Shown in pieces: positions 41,376 through 51,404 of a stretch of 64,000 nucleotides of DNA. The position numbers and the translations under genes were made by a program. The stretch's first letter is position 1. Every line of letters begins with the position of its first letter. The notes beneath the pieces were generated by a model. It made no database searches. It was not told the origin of the DNA and was given only the letters and a program-made list of their open reading frames with translations. This DNA is from Deferribacterales bacterium (GTDB lineage: Bacteria; Chrysiogenota; Deferribacteres; Deferribacterales; Geovibrionaceae), in contig JBFWMA010000005.1 in NCBI GenBank assembly GCA_050251875.1, positions 161,233 through 225,232 on the forward strand, given 5' to 3'.

Positions 41376-42929
41376 TTAAAGCGGGATAAGACCGTGTTTT
41401 TTCTGCGGGCGCAGTTCTCTTTTCGCTCTGAGAGCTTCCAGACTAAGCGCCAGCGTCATAACGGTCTCCGCCGGATTTATTACATCGTCAATGTATCCTC
41501 TGCCTGCCGCCACATACGGGTTGGTGAACAGCTCGGCGTATTCTTTTGTTTTTTCTTCCAGAACTTTTTTGGGCTCAGAAGAGGCGTTCATATCTTTTTT
41601 ATAGAGAACGTTCGCCGCTCCCTGAGCTCCCATAACGGCTATCTCGGCTGTGGGCCAGGCATATACTCTGTCAGCCCCCATCTCTTTGGAACACATGGCG
41701 AGATACGCCCCGCCGTATGCCTTGCGCACTATGATGGTGATCTTCGGCACTGTGGCGGCGGCATAGGCGAACAGCATTTTTGCGCCGTGGCGGATGATTC
41801 CGCCGTATTCCTGCTCCACGCCGGGCATGAAGCCGGGAACGTCCACGAATGTCACTATCGGGATGTTGAAACCGTTACAGAAACGGATGAATCTGGACGC
41901 CTTGTCGGACGAGTCTATGTCCAGCACGCCAGCCTTAACCATCGGCTGGTTGGCAACCACGCCGACTGTGCGTCCCTCTATGCGTCCGAATCCTATTATT
42001 ATGTTTGGAGCGAACTCGCTCTGAACCTCCAGAAAATCGCCGTTCTGCATAACCTGAGCTATGATGGTGTGCATGTCGTATGGCTCTTTCGGATCCTCCG
42101 GAAGCAGAGAGAAGAGCGACTCGTCAGGCACCAGCACCTCAGAGACCATCTCCGGATAGAAGGGGGGCTCCTCCGTGTTGTTGCTGGGCAGAAAAGAGAG
42201 CAGTTTTTTGCAAAGCTCGATGGCGGCGGGTCCGCCGTCAGCCGTGAAGTGAATTACGCCGGAATAGTGGGCGTGGCTTTCAGCTCCCCCCAGCTCTTCG
42301 GGGGTGACGTCCTCTCCGGTCACCTGTTTGATAACAGCGGGACCTGTGATGAACATCTGTCCTTCGTGTTTCACCTGGATGATGAAGTCTGTCAGAGCCG
42401 GCGAATATGCCGCCCCTCCGGCGCATGGTCCGGCTATGATGCTTATCTGGGGTACAACGCCTGAGAGCAGAACATTACGGTAAAAGATATTGCCGTATCC
42501 GGAAAGAGCGTCAACCCCCTCCTGAATTCTGGCTCCGCCTGAGTCGTTTATGAATATGAACGGGTCGCCTGTTTTAAGCGCCTGATCCATGATCTCGGTA
42601 ATCTTTTTGGCAGTCATTTCGCCCACGGAGCCTCCGGCAACCGTGAAATCCTGACTGACGGCGTATACCGTCCTGCCGCCGACATTTCCTGTGCCTGTCA
42701 CCACGCCTTCGCCCGGAAACTCTTTGCCTTCCAGCCCGAAGTTGGAGCATCTGTGCTTCATAAAGAGTCCCTGCTCCAGAAAAGTGTCCTGATCGAACAG
42801 AAGTCCGAGTCGTTCTCTGGCGGTGAGCTTGCCCAGCTTATGCTGCTGGTCTATCTTCTCTTTGCCTCCGCCGAGCCAAGACGTCTGTTTCAGCTTGATC
42901 AGCTGTTCCAGTCTTTCTTTGTTAGTCAT
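41376..42929 (-). CDS. Acyl-CoA carboxyltransferase / methylmalonyl-CoA decarboxylase alpha subunit (MmdA-like)
   Basis: GKLTARER, DSGGARIQEG, GPCAGGA, DVPGFMPG, RKAYGGAY, KKHGLIPL. Confidence 0.92.
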   Translation of the reverse strand: MTNKERLEQLIKLKQTSWLGGGKEKIDQQHKLGKLTARERLGLLFDQDTFLEQGLFMKHRCSNFGLEGKEFPGEGVVTGTGNVGGRTVYAVSQDFTVAGGSVGEMTAKKITEIMDQALKTGDPFIFINDSGGARIQEGVDALSGYGNIFYRNVLLSGVVPQISIIAGPCAGGAAYSPALTDFIIQVKHEGQMFITGPAVIKQVTGEDVTPEELGGAESHAHYSGVIHFTADGGPAAIELCKKLLSFLPSNNTEEPPFYPEMVSEVLVPDESLFSLLPEDPKEPYDMHTIIAQVMQNGDFLEVQSEFAPNIIIGFGRIEGRTVGVVANQPMVKAGVLDIDSSDKASRFIRFCNGFNIPIVTFVDVPGFMPGVEQEYGGIIRHGAKMLFAYAAATVPKITIIVRKAYGGAYLAMCSKEMGADRVYAWPTAEIAVMGAQGAANVLYKKDMNASSEPKKVLEEKTKEYAELFTNPYVAAGRGYIDDVINPAETVMTLALSLEALRAKRELRPQKKHGLIPL

Positions 42930-43112
42930 ATTTCCCTGCCTGAAAATCCTTATATACCAGAGGATAACACCAAGATGTCATCTATCAAGCCTATTATTGT
43001 TATTTATTATTAAAATACTCCGTTTTATTAACCATGACATGCGCAAAGCTCTAACCGGGTAGGAGAAAACAGGGGTGGGAATATGAAAAAAAATAATAAT
43101 GAATTAAAGTTA

Positions 43113-44543
43113 TCACTCTGTTTTAAAGTCTGTCTGGCTGAGTATCTCTCTTATGACCGCCGGAAAAATGACCTTGTGAAACGGAAGCATGGCATACCAG
43201 TAGAGTCTGCCGGATATGCCGTGGGGGTAGAAAAAAGCAGTCATTATCAGGTGAGTATCGATAACCTGAAACTCCAGCCATGCCCGCCCTGGGACTTTCA
43301 TCTGCGCCTGAAGCAGAAGCCTTCTGCCATCCGCCAGATCCGCCACTTTCCAGAAATCGAGGGTGTCGCCCACTCGCAGGTCGGCGCTGTCTCTGCGCCC
43401 TCTGTTCAGCCCGTATCCGCCGGACAGTTTGTCTATCAGTCCTCTAACCCGCCACAGCAGGTTGTATGTGCCCCAGCCGTTTCTGCCGCCCAGAGATTTC
43501 ACAGCGGAGAAGACTTCTTCCGGCGTTTTTCCGCCCGTGTCTCTGATATATCTGTCCTTATACACCGCTATGGAAATGTCATGCACCAGAGGCACATCGC
43601 ACTGTCTGCCTCCGGATGAGTCGCACCAGCTGCTTATCACCTGATGATCCTCTATCTCCTTCAGCGCCATGCGGAACGAGTCTCGGTAGGACAGGGGGGT
43701 GATGTCCGGAAAGAGCTCGGCGGCGCTGTTGTTGGTCTTCACCGTTTCGCTGGACAGCCCCTCTATCAGGGCGGAGGCGATGGAATAGGTGACGGGGGTG
43801 AAAAGAATCAGCCAGTATGATGAGAGAGACGGAGTGAGAAAAGGTGTGGGGATGATATATCTTTTCAGCCCCATAACGTCCGCCGCCTGCTTCATCATCT
43901 CTCTGAAGCTCATTACCTCTGAGCCTATATCTATTATCCGGCTTCCTGTTATGCTTTCGTCAGCCGCTTTTGCCAGATAGCTTATCACGTCATCCACGCC
44001 TATCGGTTCCGTCAGTGTCTTTACCCATTTCGGTGTTATCATCACCGGGAGCTTTTGGGAGATGTTTCTGATGATTTCAAAACTGGCGCTGCCGGAGCCT
44101 ATTATTACGCCGGCTCTGAACCAGATCACGTCTATCTTTTCCGGCTGGGCGGAGAGTGTTTCGCCTGTTTCTATACGGCTGAGCAGGTGTCTGCTGGCGC
44201 TGTTTTTCACCCCGAGACCGCCCAGATAGATTATCTTTTTCACGCCGTTTCGGATGCAGGCGTCTCTGAAATTTTTTGCGCTGGCGATATCCGTCTGTTC
44301 GAAGCCGCCCGTCTTGCCCATGGAATGTATGAGGTAATACGCAGTATGGATGCCTTCGAGAGCCTTGTCCAGACTGCCCGGGTTGAATGTGTCGCCTTCA
44401 TATATTTCGCATTTTGACCGGAGGATGTTATCCGTCTTGAATCTGTTTCTGACGAACAGGCGCACGAGCGTCCCTTTTCCGGCGAGTCTGTGAGCCAGAC
44501 GGTGACCGATGTAGCCTGTTGAACCTGTGATAAGGATTTTCAT
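43113..44543 (-). CDS. Atypical SDR oxidoreductase with C-terminal DUF2867 (YbjT-like)
   Basis: ILITGSTGYIG, AYYLIHSM, SRHL.SR, LDFWKV, MKVPGRAWLEF. Start set at ATG 44543. Confidence 0.88.
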   Translation of the reverse strand: MKILITGSTGYIGHRLAHRLAGKGTLVRLFVRNRFKTDNILRSKCEIYEGDTFNPGSLDKALEGIHTAYYLIHSMGKTGGFEQTDIASAKNFRDACIRNGVKKIIYLGGLGVKNSASRHLLSRIETGETLSAQPEKIDVIWFRAGVIIGSGSASFEIIRNISQKLPVMITPKWVKTLTEPIGVDDVISYLAKAADESITGSRIIDIGSEVMSFREMMKQAADVMGLKRYIIPTPFLTPSLSSYWLILFTPVTYSIASALIEGLSSETVKTNNSAAELFPDITPLSYRDSFRMALKEIEDHQVISSWCDSSGGRQCDVPLVHDISIAVYKDRYIRDTGGKTPEEVFSAVKSLGGRNGWGTYNLLWRVRGLIDKLSGGYGLNRGRRDSADLRVGDTLDFWKVADLADGRRLLLQAQMKVPGRAWLEFQVIDTHLIMTAFFYPHGISGRLYWYAMLPFHKVIFPAVIREILSQTDFKTE

Positions 44544-44544
44544 A

Positions 44545-46074
44545 TTACGCCGTACGGAATTTGAATATGAAGCATTTTCCTTCGGAGTCGTCATAGTAGA
44601 CGTGAGCGTCATTGAAGTTTTCCACCAGACTTCTGGCGGTGAACAGCCCTATGCCTCTTCCGGCGTCATAGCCCTTTGTGGAGAAATACGGGTCGAACAG
44701 TTTCTGTTTTATCTCTTCCGTGATGGGGGCTCCGTTGTCGCAGATGTGGATGAGAGAGTATTCGCCCGATTTTTCAAATACGATGTCCATCCTTCTGTCC
44801 TTCTTGTCTTTTATCTCCATCAGGGCGTCATAGGAGTTTTTCAGCAGAATCAGCAGAATCTGTTTGAAAACGGATTCCTCGCCGTAGATGTATATATCTC
44901 CCAGACCGCAGCTTCTGTCGCAGACCATGTTTCCGTGTCCGCAGGAGTGGAATATCATGTCGTCATCGGTGAACTGTGACTTATACATGCTTCCGCCCAG
45001 AGTGCATTTGATGTGCACCTCTATACCGCTGTTTTCCAGCTCCGGCTTCAGCAGTTTCAGCACATCGAAAACCTTGTCCTTGATCTCCAGCCTCTTTTTG
45101 GATTCGGCTCTCACTGTGGAGGTGAAGAGGTTTATGGTGTCACTCATTTCATGGATGATTTCCATAGCGGAATCAGCGGATTCCTCGATATCTTTACTGC
45201 CCGATTCCTCTTTCATGGACTGAATCAGCAGACCGACATTGTTCAGAGGCTGCCGCCAGTGGTGGGCTATCAGCCGGAGGATCTCTGTCACGGACGAGCT
45301 TCTGGTGCGTGTTATCAGCGCTTTTTCGCTCATTTCCCTGCGTTCTATCTCTGTTTTCAGAGCGGATATATTTTCCAGCTTCTGCTGATAGGCGTCTATC
45401 AGCTTCTTTCTGGATGATATGATGGTGAAGAGAACCAGCCCGGCGCTGAGCAGATATGTCACCACCGTCATAACGGTCACGGAGAACACCTTATGGTGCA
45501 GGTCGGTCACGGGAAAGCTGACGCTGAGACCGCCTCTGACATCCCCGATCTTGTATCCCTGATATCCGTGGCACTGCATGCATGACTGATCCACGAAGAC
45601 GGGGCGGACGTAGTAAAACATAATGTTGTCGATATCTTTGTAGTCCACCTTGCTGAATTCCGGATTATTCTGCTTGATATATTTCAGCCCTTCCAGCTCC
45701 CACGGCTGGGGCAGGTTGATATTGTTCATCGGTTCATCGCTTATCATGCGCATGTGTATGTTGCCGTCTTCGGAGAGAATCTCAGACACCAGCCGTGTCA
45801 TATACGCCGGGTTTATCCTTGTCAGCTCTTTTCCGTCCACCTTCAGGTCTCTGTGATCCGGATCGAGATATGGATTGGGCTGTATGTGGTCTCTGGAGGC
45901 AAAAACCTCTCCGGCGGATGAGTTCCAGCGGCGGAAAGCGAGTGTTACATCGGCGATGTCTCTTGCTTTGTTCAGAGTGGTCGTGCGGAAATGTACGAAC
46001 CCCTGATAGAGTTCGTATGAACAGAGGAAGGCAAGAAAAATCAAAGCAAGTATCAGAAATGAATATCTTTTCAT
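44545..46074 (-). CDS. Sensor histidine kinase with c-type heme DUF3365-like periplasmic domain
   Basis: PNPYL, INPAYMTR, CMQCH, GDVRGGLSV; H-box AHHWRQPLN; FDPYFSTK; G.GIGL. Confidence 0.88.
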   Translation of the reverse strand: MKRYSFLILALIFLAFLCSYELYQGFVHFRTTTLNKARDIADVTLAFRRWNSSAGEVFASRDHIQPNPYLDPDHRDLKVDGKELTRINPAYMTRLVSEILSEDGNIHMRMISDEPMNNINLPQPWELEGLKYIKQNNPEFSKVDYKDIDNIMFYYVRPVFVDQSCMQCHGYQGYKIGDVRGGLSVSFPVTDLHHKVFSVTVMTVVTYLLSAGLVLFTIISSRKKLIDAYQQKLENISALKTEIERREMSEKALITRTRSSSVTEILRLIAHHWRQPLNNVGLLIQSMKEESGSKDIEESADSAMEIIHEMSDTINLFTSTVRAESKKRLEIKDKVFDVLKLLKPELENSGIEVHIKCTLGGSMYKSQFTDDDMIFHSCGHGNMVCDRSCGLGDIYIYGEESVFKQILLILLKNSYDALMEIKDKKDRRMDIVFEKSGEYSLIHICDNGAPITEEIKQKLFDPYFSTKGYDAGRGIGLFTARSLVENFNDAHVYYDDSEGKCFIFKFRTA

Positions 46075-46294
46075 GGTAACCCGCAAGTACTGTTTATTGA
46101 CTATGCGTATATTATATCCCAAATAATGACTGTTTGAGCGTTTAAATTTTTAAATATTTGCAAAAAAGCCGTCCGAGACGCATTTTGTCACTATAAAAAC
46201 ATATTTGAACCATACTTAAAGCATATACCCGAATTATTCTGTAAACAGCCGTAAATCTGCGACAGCGATTCCTATTCAGACATTGGAGGGAACA

Positions 46295-46837
46295 ATGAGT
46301 ATAAGCAGTTTAAACAGTATGACTTCATATCTGTATAATTACGCGACCAACAGCACATCATCCTCGGGGTCTTCATCCTCGTCTTCGGACAGTGTGAAGA
46401 GCCGGGCGGCTGACGCGTTTTTCAGTGAAGTCGACACCAGCCAGGACGGGACAGTAGATCAAAGTGAACTCCAGTCGCTCGTTGACGATATCACGGCCTC
46501 TACCGGGCAGACAGTGGATGTCGCCTCTCTTTTCAGCGAATATGACACAGACGGCGACGGTTCATTCAGCGATGATGAGCTGAAGAGCTTTATGCAGTCC
46601 AACGATCTTCGTCCGGCGGGAGGACCTTCCGGACCTCCTCCGTCAGGATCAGCATCCGGTACGGAAACAGATGACGATGAAGAGGATGACTACAGCATGT
46701 CGGAATATTACATGCAGCTTGTCAATTCTCTTCAGAACGGGCTCTATTCAGATGACGAGAACAGCGTGACCGCATCCTCATATTTTCAAAGCAGCTATGG
46801 GGAAGTTCTTCAGAGTCTGTATTCCGCAGAGGCATAA
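46295..46837 (+). CDS. Ser-rich EF-hand calcium-binding protein
   Basis: EF loops DTSQDGTVDQSE and DTDGDGSFSDDE; GPPP tract; GGAGG SD. Confidence 0.82.
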   Translation: MSISSLNSMTSYLYNYATNSTSSSGSSSSSSDSVKSRAADAFFSEVDTSQDGTVDQSELQSLVDDITASTGQTVDVASLFSEYDTDGDGSFSDDELKSFMQSNDLRPAGGPSGPPPSGSASGTETDDDEEDDYSMSEYYMQLVNSLQNGLYSDDENSVTASSYFQSSYGEVLQSLYSAEA

Positions 46838-46872
46838 TTAGGTAAGAGATTTACGGCGGGAAGCTCAAAAAA

Positions 46873-46900
46873 GGAAAAAGCGGCTTTCGGCCGCTTTTCC
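46873..46900 (+). terminator. Hairpin terminator after the EF-hand gene
   Basis: GGAAAAAGCGGC-TTTC-GGCCGCTTTTCC. Confidence 0.6.
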
Positions 46901-47066
46901 CAGGCGTGCAAGGAGTACTTAAAAAGGAGGTTGGGCATATCGTCTATGCCTTCCTTTTAAATAAGTATAGAGTATAAATATGGATAAAATGTGGAGCTAT
47001 TATGTTGTTCATTCAATATCCTAAGAATCGTTGGAAAAATAATAAGGGAAAAGTTATCTTCAACAT

Positions 47067-48542
47067 ATGAGACACATGCTGAGAACAAGACTGTTCTATA
47101 AGATATTTTTTGTGGTTCTGCTCTCCGTGGCGCTCGGAGTGGGCATCATGGCGCTCATCGTGGGATATCTGGGATACCGCAACTTCAACACATATCTGAC
47201 TGAAACACGGCTGGAAGACCTGAGCTGGCTGAATGTCAAGCTGGGGGAATATTATAAGATTCACGGCAGTTTTGACGGCATTAAGACCGCCTCCGAAGAT
47301 TTTCATTCCCAGAGTGAGTCCGAACCGTTCAGACCGGACAAGGATGTTCCGGCGCCGCCTCCCGGAAGACACGACAGCGAGGACGACAAGGAGTTTATGA
47401 AGAGAACTTTTCTGGACTCCACAGGTCAGATCCGCCCGGAGATGCTTATAAGGCTGGAGCACTTTCTGGTTTTGCAGGACAAGCACAGGCGGATGATAAC
47501 CGGGGATGAAAAATCCCACGAACAGTTTGTTTTCAGACCCATATTATCAGACGGAGCGGTGGTGGGCTATCTCGGCATGAGAAAGCCGCCGAATATCAAG
47601 CACCCTCTGGCGCTGGGTTTTCTGAAACAGCAGGGCAGTCACATGACTGTGAGCGGGCTTCTGATAATCATTCTGACCGGGGCTCTGTCGTGGTATTTTA
47701 CCAAGCGGGTGCTGGCACCTGTCAACAGTCTCATAGGCGCTACAAAGATGATATCCGCCAGAGACTTCAGCTTTCAGCTCAGCAGAGAGTCCAACGATGA
47801 GCTGGGCGATCTGGCTGAGAATTTTCAGAATATGGCGGATGAACTGCAAAAATATGAAATAAATCAGAACAGATGGATATCAGATATCTCTCATGAACTG
47901 CGCACTCCGCTGTCTGTCATATTAGGTAGTATAGAGGCGATGCAGGACGGAGTGAGAAAAGCGGACGACAGCACACTGGGCATACTCCACGCAGAGGTGC
48001 GCAGGCTGATCCGTCTGGTTAACGATCTGCACGAAATCACTATGGCGGAATCGGGCAATATGAAGTTTAACTTCGCCATAGAGCGGATAGACAACATCAT
48101 AAAGTCCGTGGCGGATATGTATACCATGCGGGCGGAAGAGTACGGATTTCATATAGAACAGGTGACTTCCGGATGCAGGGTGATGGTGAGGGCAGACGTT
48201 TCCCGTCTGCGTCAGGTTTTTATAAATCTCATAGAGAACTCCCTGAAACACGCCAAAGGACCGGGGAGCATACTGATAAGCTGTGTGGAGAAAGACGGCA
48301 GGGCGGTTATAACATTCGAGGACATGGGTCCCGGTGTGCCGGAGGAGCATATTCCCATGCTTTTCGACAGGCTGTTCCGCTCGGACATCAGCAGAAACAG
48401 AAAGACAGGCGGAAGCGGGCTGGGGCTCGCCATATGCAGATATATAACAGAACAGCACGGCGGAAGCATCTCTGCCCGTACAGGCAGTATGGGCGGTTTG
48501 AAGATAGAGATAATTCTTCCTATGGAGCATATCGATGAATAA
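47067..48542 (+). CDS. HAMP sensor histidine kinase (BaeS-like)
   Basis: DELG.LA..F, DISHELRTPL, FDRLFR.D.SRNR.TGGSGLGL. Confidence 0.9.
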   Translation: MRHMLRTRLFYKIFFVVLLSVALGVGIMALIVGYLGYRNFNTYLTETRLEDLSWLNVKLGEYYKIHGSFDGIKTASEDFHSQSESEPFRPDKDVPAPPPGRHDSEDDKEFMKRTFLDSTGQIRPEMLIRLEHFLVLQDKHRRMITGDEKSHEQFVFRPILSDGAVVGYLGMRKPPNIKHPLALGFLKQQGSHMTVSGLLIIILTGALSWYFTKRVLAPVNSLIGATKMISARDFSFQLSRESNDELGDLAENFQNMADELQKYEINQNRWISDISHELRTPLSVILGSIEAMQDGVRKADDSTLGILHAEVRRLIRLVNDLHEITMAESGNMKFNFAIERIDNIIKSVADMYTMRAEEYGFHIEQVTSGCRVMVRADVSRLRQVFINLIENSLKHAKGPGSILISCVEKDGRAVITFEDMGPGVPEEHIPMLFDRLFRSDISRNRKTGGSGLGLAICRYITEQHGGSISARTGSMGGLKIEIILPMEHIDE

Positions 48543-49224
48543 GAAAATATTGATTATCGAAGATGAACAGCAGATCGGAGCTCTGCTGAAAGATTATTTT
48601 GAGCAGTCCGGATTCGAGACTCATACAATGCAGACAGGCGCGAAGGCGGTGGAGACTATCAAAAAACTGGTTCCGGACGCCGTAATTCTCGATCTGATGC
48701 TGCCGGACACTGACGGGCTGGAGATATGCCGTCAGGTGCGCCGTTTTTCCAACCTGCCGATACTGATGGTAACGGCGAAAGTGGAGGAAGTGGACAGGCT
48801 CATCGGGCTGGAGATGGGAGCGGACGACTACATATGCAAGCCGTTCAGCCCCAGAGAGGTTGTCGCCCGTGTGAAAGCTGTCCTGCGCAGACTTACTCCG
48901 GACGTGAACGAGGGAATCCTGACAGCGGGTCCCATCGTGATACACCCGGAAAAATATCTGGCTGTGCTGAAGGGGACTGATCTGACTCTTACCAGAAGCG
49001 AGTTCGAGCTTCTGTATATCATGGCGAAACATCCCGGCAGGGTCTTTTCCCGCTCCGATCTTATTTCCGGTGTTCACGGATATGAGTTCGAGGGATATGA
49101 GAGAACCATAGACAGCCATGTGAAAAACCTGAGAAAAAAGATGGCGGCGGTGCTCGATTATGATCTGATACAGACCGTTTACGGTGTGGGATACAAATTC
49201 GATTCCGGCGCTCAGGCGATATAA
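48535..49224 (+). CDS. OmpR-family response regulator (BaeR-like)
   Basis: ILIIEDE, LDLMLP, GADDYICKPFSPRE, RTIDSHVKNLRKK. Confidence 0.93.
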   Translation: MNKKILIIEDEQQIGALLKDYFEQSGFETHTMQTGAKAVETIKKLVPDAVILDLMLPDTDGLEICRQVRRFSNLPILMVTAKVEEVDRLIGLEMGADDYICKPFSPREVVARVKAVLRRLTPDVNEGILTAGPIVIHPEKYLAVLKGTDLTLTRSEFELLYIMAKHPGRVFSRSDLISGVHGYEFEGYERTIDSHVKNLRKKMAAVLDYDLIQTVYGVGYKFDSGAQAI

Positions 49225-49226
49225 CA

Positions 49227-49257
49227 GAAAAAGGCGGTCAGATGACCGCCTTTTTTG
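49227..49257. terminator. Bidirectional terminator
   Basis: AAAAAGGCGGTC-AGAT-GACCGCCTTTTTT. Confidence 0.9.
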
Positions 49258-49275
49258 ATTTTGTCAGTAAGTGTC

Positions 49276-50700
49276 TTACGCTTTTGAGGGCGCTATATCT
49301 CTCAGGAGAATTTCGATTATCTCGGCGGCTGTTATGGAGTCGCTTCCTTCTTTTATAAATTCCCTGATCTTTTTCAGAGTGTCTCCGGCTGTGATGAGCG
49401 TCTGCTCCACATATCCGCTTTTGTATAAGCTGGGGAGACCGATGTTAGCCACCAGAGCGTTGCAGAGGCATTTTCTGCCCTCTGTTTCTTCCTTCTCTCC
49501 GCCTTTGGCTATGTATGCGTCCACCGGCTCAGCGGCGCAGCGGTAGCCTATGGAACCGTCTTCTTTCTTATACAGTGATCTCAGATATCCGAGATTGCAT
49601 ATTCTGGGTCTTTTCAGATAGACTTCCAGCTCTGCCAGAGTGTTCTGAAGTTTAACCACTTTGAAGGGGAATCCTGTGGGAGAAGCCTTGGGGTCTGTGA
49701 AGACATCAGGCAGTTTCTGTATGATAGCTTTTTTTATGCTGTCGATGAAACCGGACTCCTTGCACATGGCAAAGATAGTGCCCACCTGAATACCCTGAGC
49801 GCCGGCGGCGATGGCTGCTTTCAGCTTGCCGGGTTCGCCCCATGATCCGCCCAGCCAGAAGGGAACTTCCAGCGATTTTATCTTTTCCAGTTCCACCTCG
49901 TCCTTTTCGGAGTAGATGGGTTCTCCGCCTGCGTCCAGCTCTATTCCGCCTCTGGGGGGAGCGTTGTGTCCGCCTGCCGAGTTATGTTCTATCACCAGAC
50001 CGTCCACAGCGGGTTTCGTCTTTTTAACCATTGTGGTGGCGAGAATGTTTGAAGATACGATAGCGTAGAATTTGGGTCTTTTCAGCTCTGTGAGCATGTC
50101 GCCCATTATCTGTTTCGGGCTGAAGTCTATTTTGAATTCCTCGTCCTTGTCCGCTCCGGCAACGTTCAGACGCAGTGAGGCGTCTTCTCCGGCGGCGAAT
50201 CTGTCCAGAACTCCGGGAATCTCTCTGGGGATGCCAGCTCCCATGACTATGTAGTCCACTCCGGCGAGCATAGCGCCGTATATGGAAGCGAGGTTGGGGA
50301 GAATCACTTTCTCCATCAGGTTGATGCCAACGGGGTTGTCGTGTCCTTCTTTTGCCAGGAACACTTCAACGAAGTTAGCGGCGACAGTCAGCGACTGAAG
50401 CTCCACGCTGGGCGTCATGGTATACATCTCTATCTGTTTGAAAGGCGTTCCCTCGGGGATGCCTCCCTCTACATAATATTTGTTTAAAATGCTTTCGGCG
50501 ATGTCTTTCCGGGGAAAGGCGGCGAGAGCTCTGCGCATGGTGCCGTCTTTGTCTCCCTGCTGGAGTCTGCGCACCAGTATAACATCCATAGCAGTTCCGG
50601 AAACGACTCCTATCTCTCCGCTTTCTCCAACGGCTCTCGCAAGCCTCCAGTCAGAGACTCCGGCGCCCATTCCGCCCTGCAATATTCTGTATTCTTTCAT
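49276..50700 (-). CDS. Nitronate monooxygenase family flavoprotein
   Basis: ILQGGMGAGVS, MGAGIP, AGGHNAPPRG, GIQVGT, SPTGFPFKV, CLCN. Start set at ATG 50700. Confidence 0.85.
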   Translation of the reverse strand: MKEYRILQGGMGAGVSDWRLARAVGESGEIGVVSGTAMDVILVRRLQQGDKDGTMRRALAAFPRKDIAESILNKYYVEGGIPEGTPFKQIEMYTMTPSVELQSLTVAANFVEVFLAKEGHDNPVGINLMEKVILPNLASIYGAMLAGVDYIVMGAGIPREIPGVLDRFAAGEDASLRLNVAGADKDEEFKIDFSPKQIMGDMLTELKRPKFYAIVSSNILATTMVKKTKPAVDGLVIEHNSAGGHNAPPRGGIELDAGGEPIYSEKDEVELEKIKSLEVPFWLGGSWGEPGKLKAAIAAGAQGIQVGTIFAMCKESGFIDSIKKAIIQKLPDVFTDPKASPTGFPFKVVKLQNTLAELEVYLKRPRICNLGYLRSLYKKEDGSIGYRCAAEPVDAYIAKGGEKEETEGRKCLCNALVANIGLPSLYKSGYVEQTLITAGDTLKKIREFIKEGSDSITAAEIIEILLRDIAPSKA

Positions 50701-50896
50701 ATTTTCCTCATATAAAGTAACATATGCGATTTTTGAGTGTTGGCTTAAGATTATAATATCAGCTCCATACATGCAAGAGAGTATTTAACCACTTTGAAAA
50801 AAAAGTGCGTAAGCGAATAAAAGAATTAGGAATTTTCCAATTATGAATTTATAATAATCGATGGGTTGTCTTATATAAAAATCAAGAGAGGACGGC

Positions 50897-51403
50897 ATGC
50901 AGGTTAAACTGAACGAAGAGAGCCAGAATATTCTGATAGAGAGAGATAAGGAATCTGAGGGGTATTTTAATATCAATATAGATTCCAGAGTCAGCGTGAA
51001 GGTGTCTAAGACAGAGCTGAAATTTATGCACGCTCTGATAGGCGCTCTGCTGGAAGATAACCCCCGGGCGAATAAAGACGGGCTGAGAAAAGTGATGGTG
51101 GAGGCGCTCTCCACTCACCGGTCTAAGTTTCAGGACGCTCTGCGAAAGATGAAACAGGAGGAGATCGCCTTCGCCGTTTGGTATGCGGGAGACATGAGAG
51201 TTTCTCAGGAGATTCTGAAACATATGTCCAAACGCTCAGCGGAGGATGTTCAGGCGGCTGTCAGAGAGACCATCGAAAGACGCATCCGCAAGGAATGCTC
51301 CGAGGGAAACACCGCCTTCGAGGGGCAGATGGAGGAATACGGCAAAAACGCCGTGACGGCTCTTCTGAAGCTGGTGTTCGACTCCGACACTATCCCCATG
51401 TGA
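50897..51403 (+). CDS. Hypothetical protein with a FliG C-terminal-like segment
   Basis: FQDALRKM..EEIAFAV......EILKHMSKRSAEDV resembles FliG-C. Confidence 0.6.
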   Translation: MQVKLNEESQNILIERDKESEGYFNINIDSRVSVKVSKTELKFMHALIGALLEDNPRANKDGLRKVMVEALSTHRSKFQDALRKMKQEEIAFAVWYAGDMRVSQEILKHMSKRSAEDVQAAVRETIERRIRKECSEGNTAFEGQMEEYGKNAVTALLKLVFDSDTIPM

Positions 51404-51404
51404 C

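Noticed and set aside
41349..42464. Long antisense ORFs (371 aa here; also 14390-15091, 53130-53879, 58850-59587, 60827-61549)
   Set aside because: These are shadows of well-supported genes on the opposite strand, with no recognisable motifs.
46200..46290. sigma28 promoter for the EF-hand gene
   Set aside because: No TAAA-N15-GCCGATAA match at the correct spacing.
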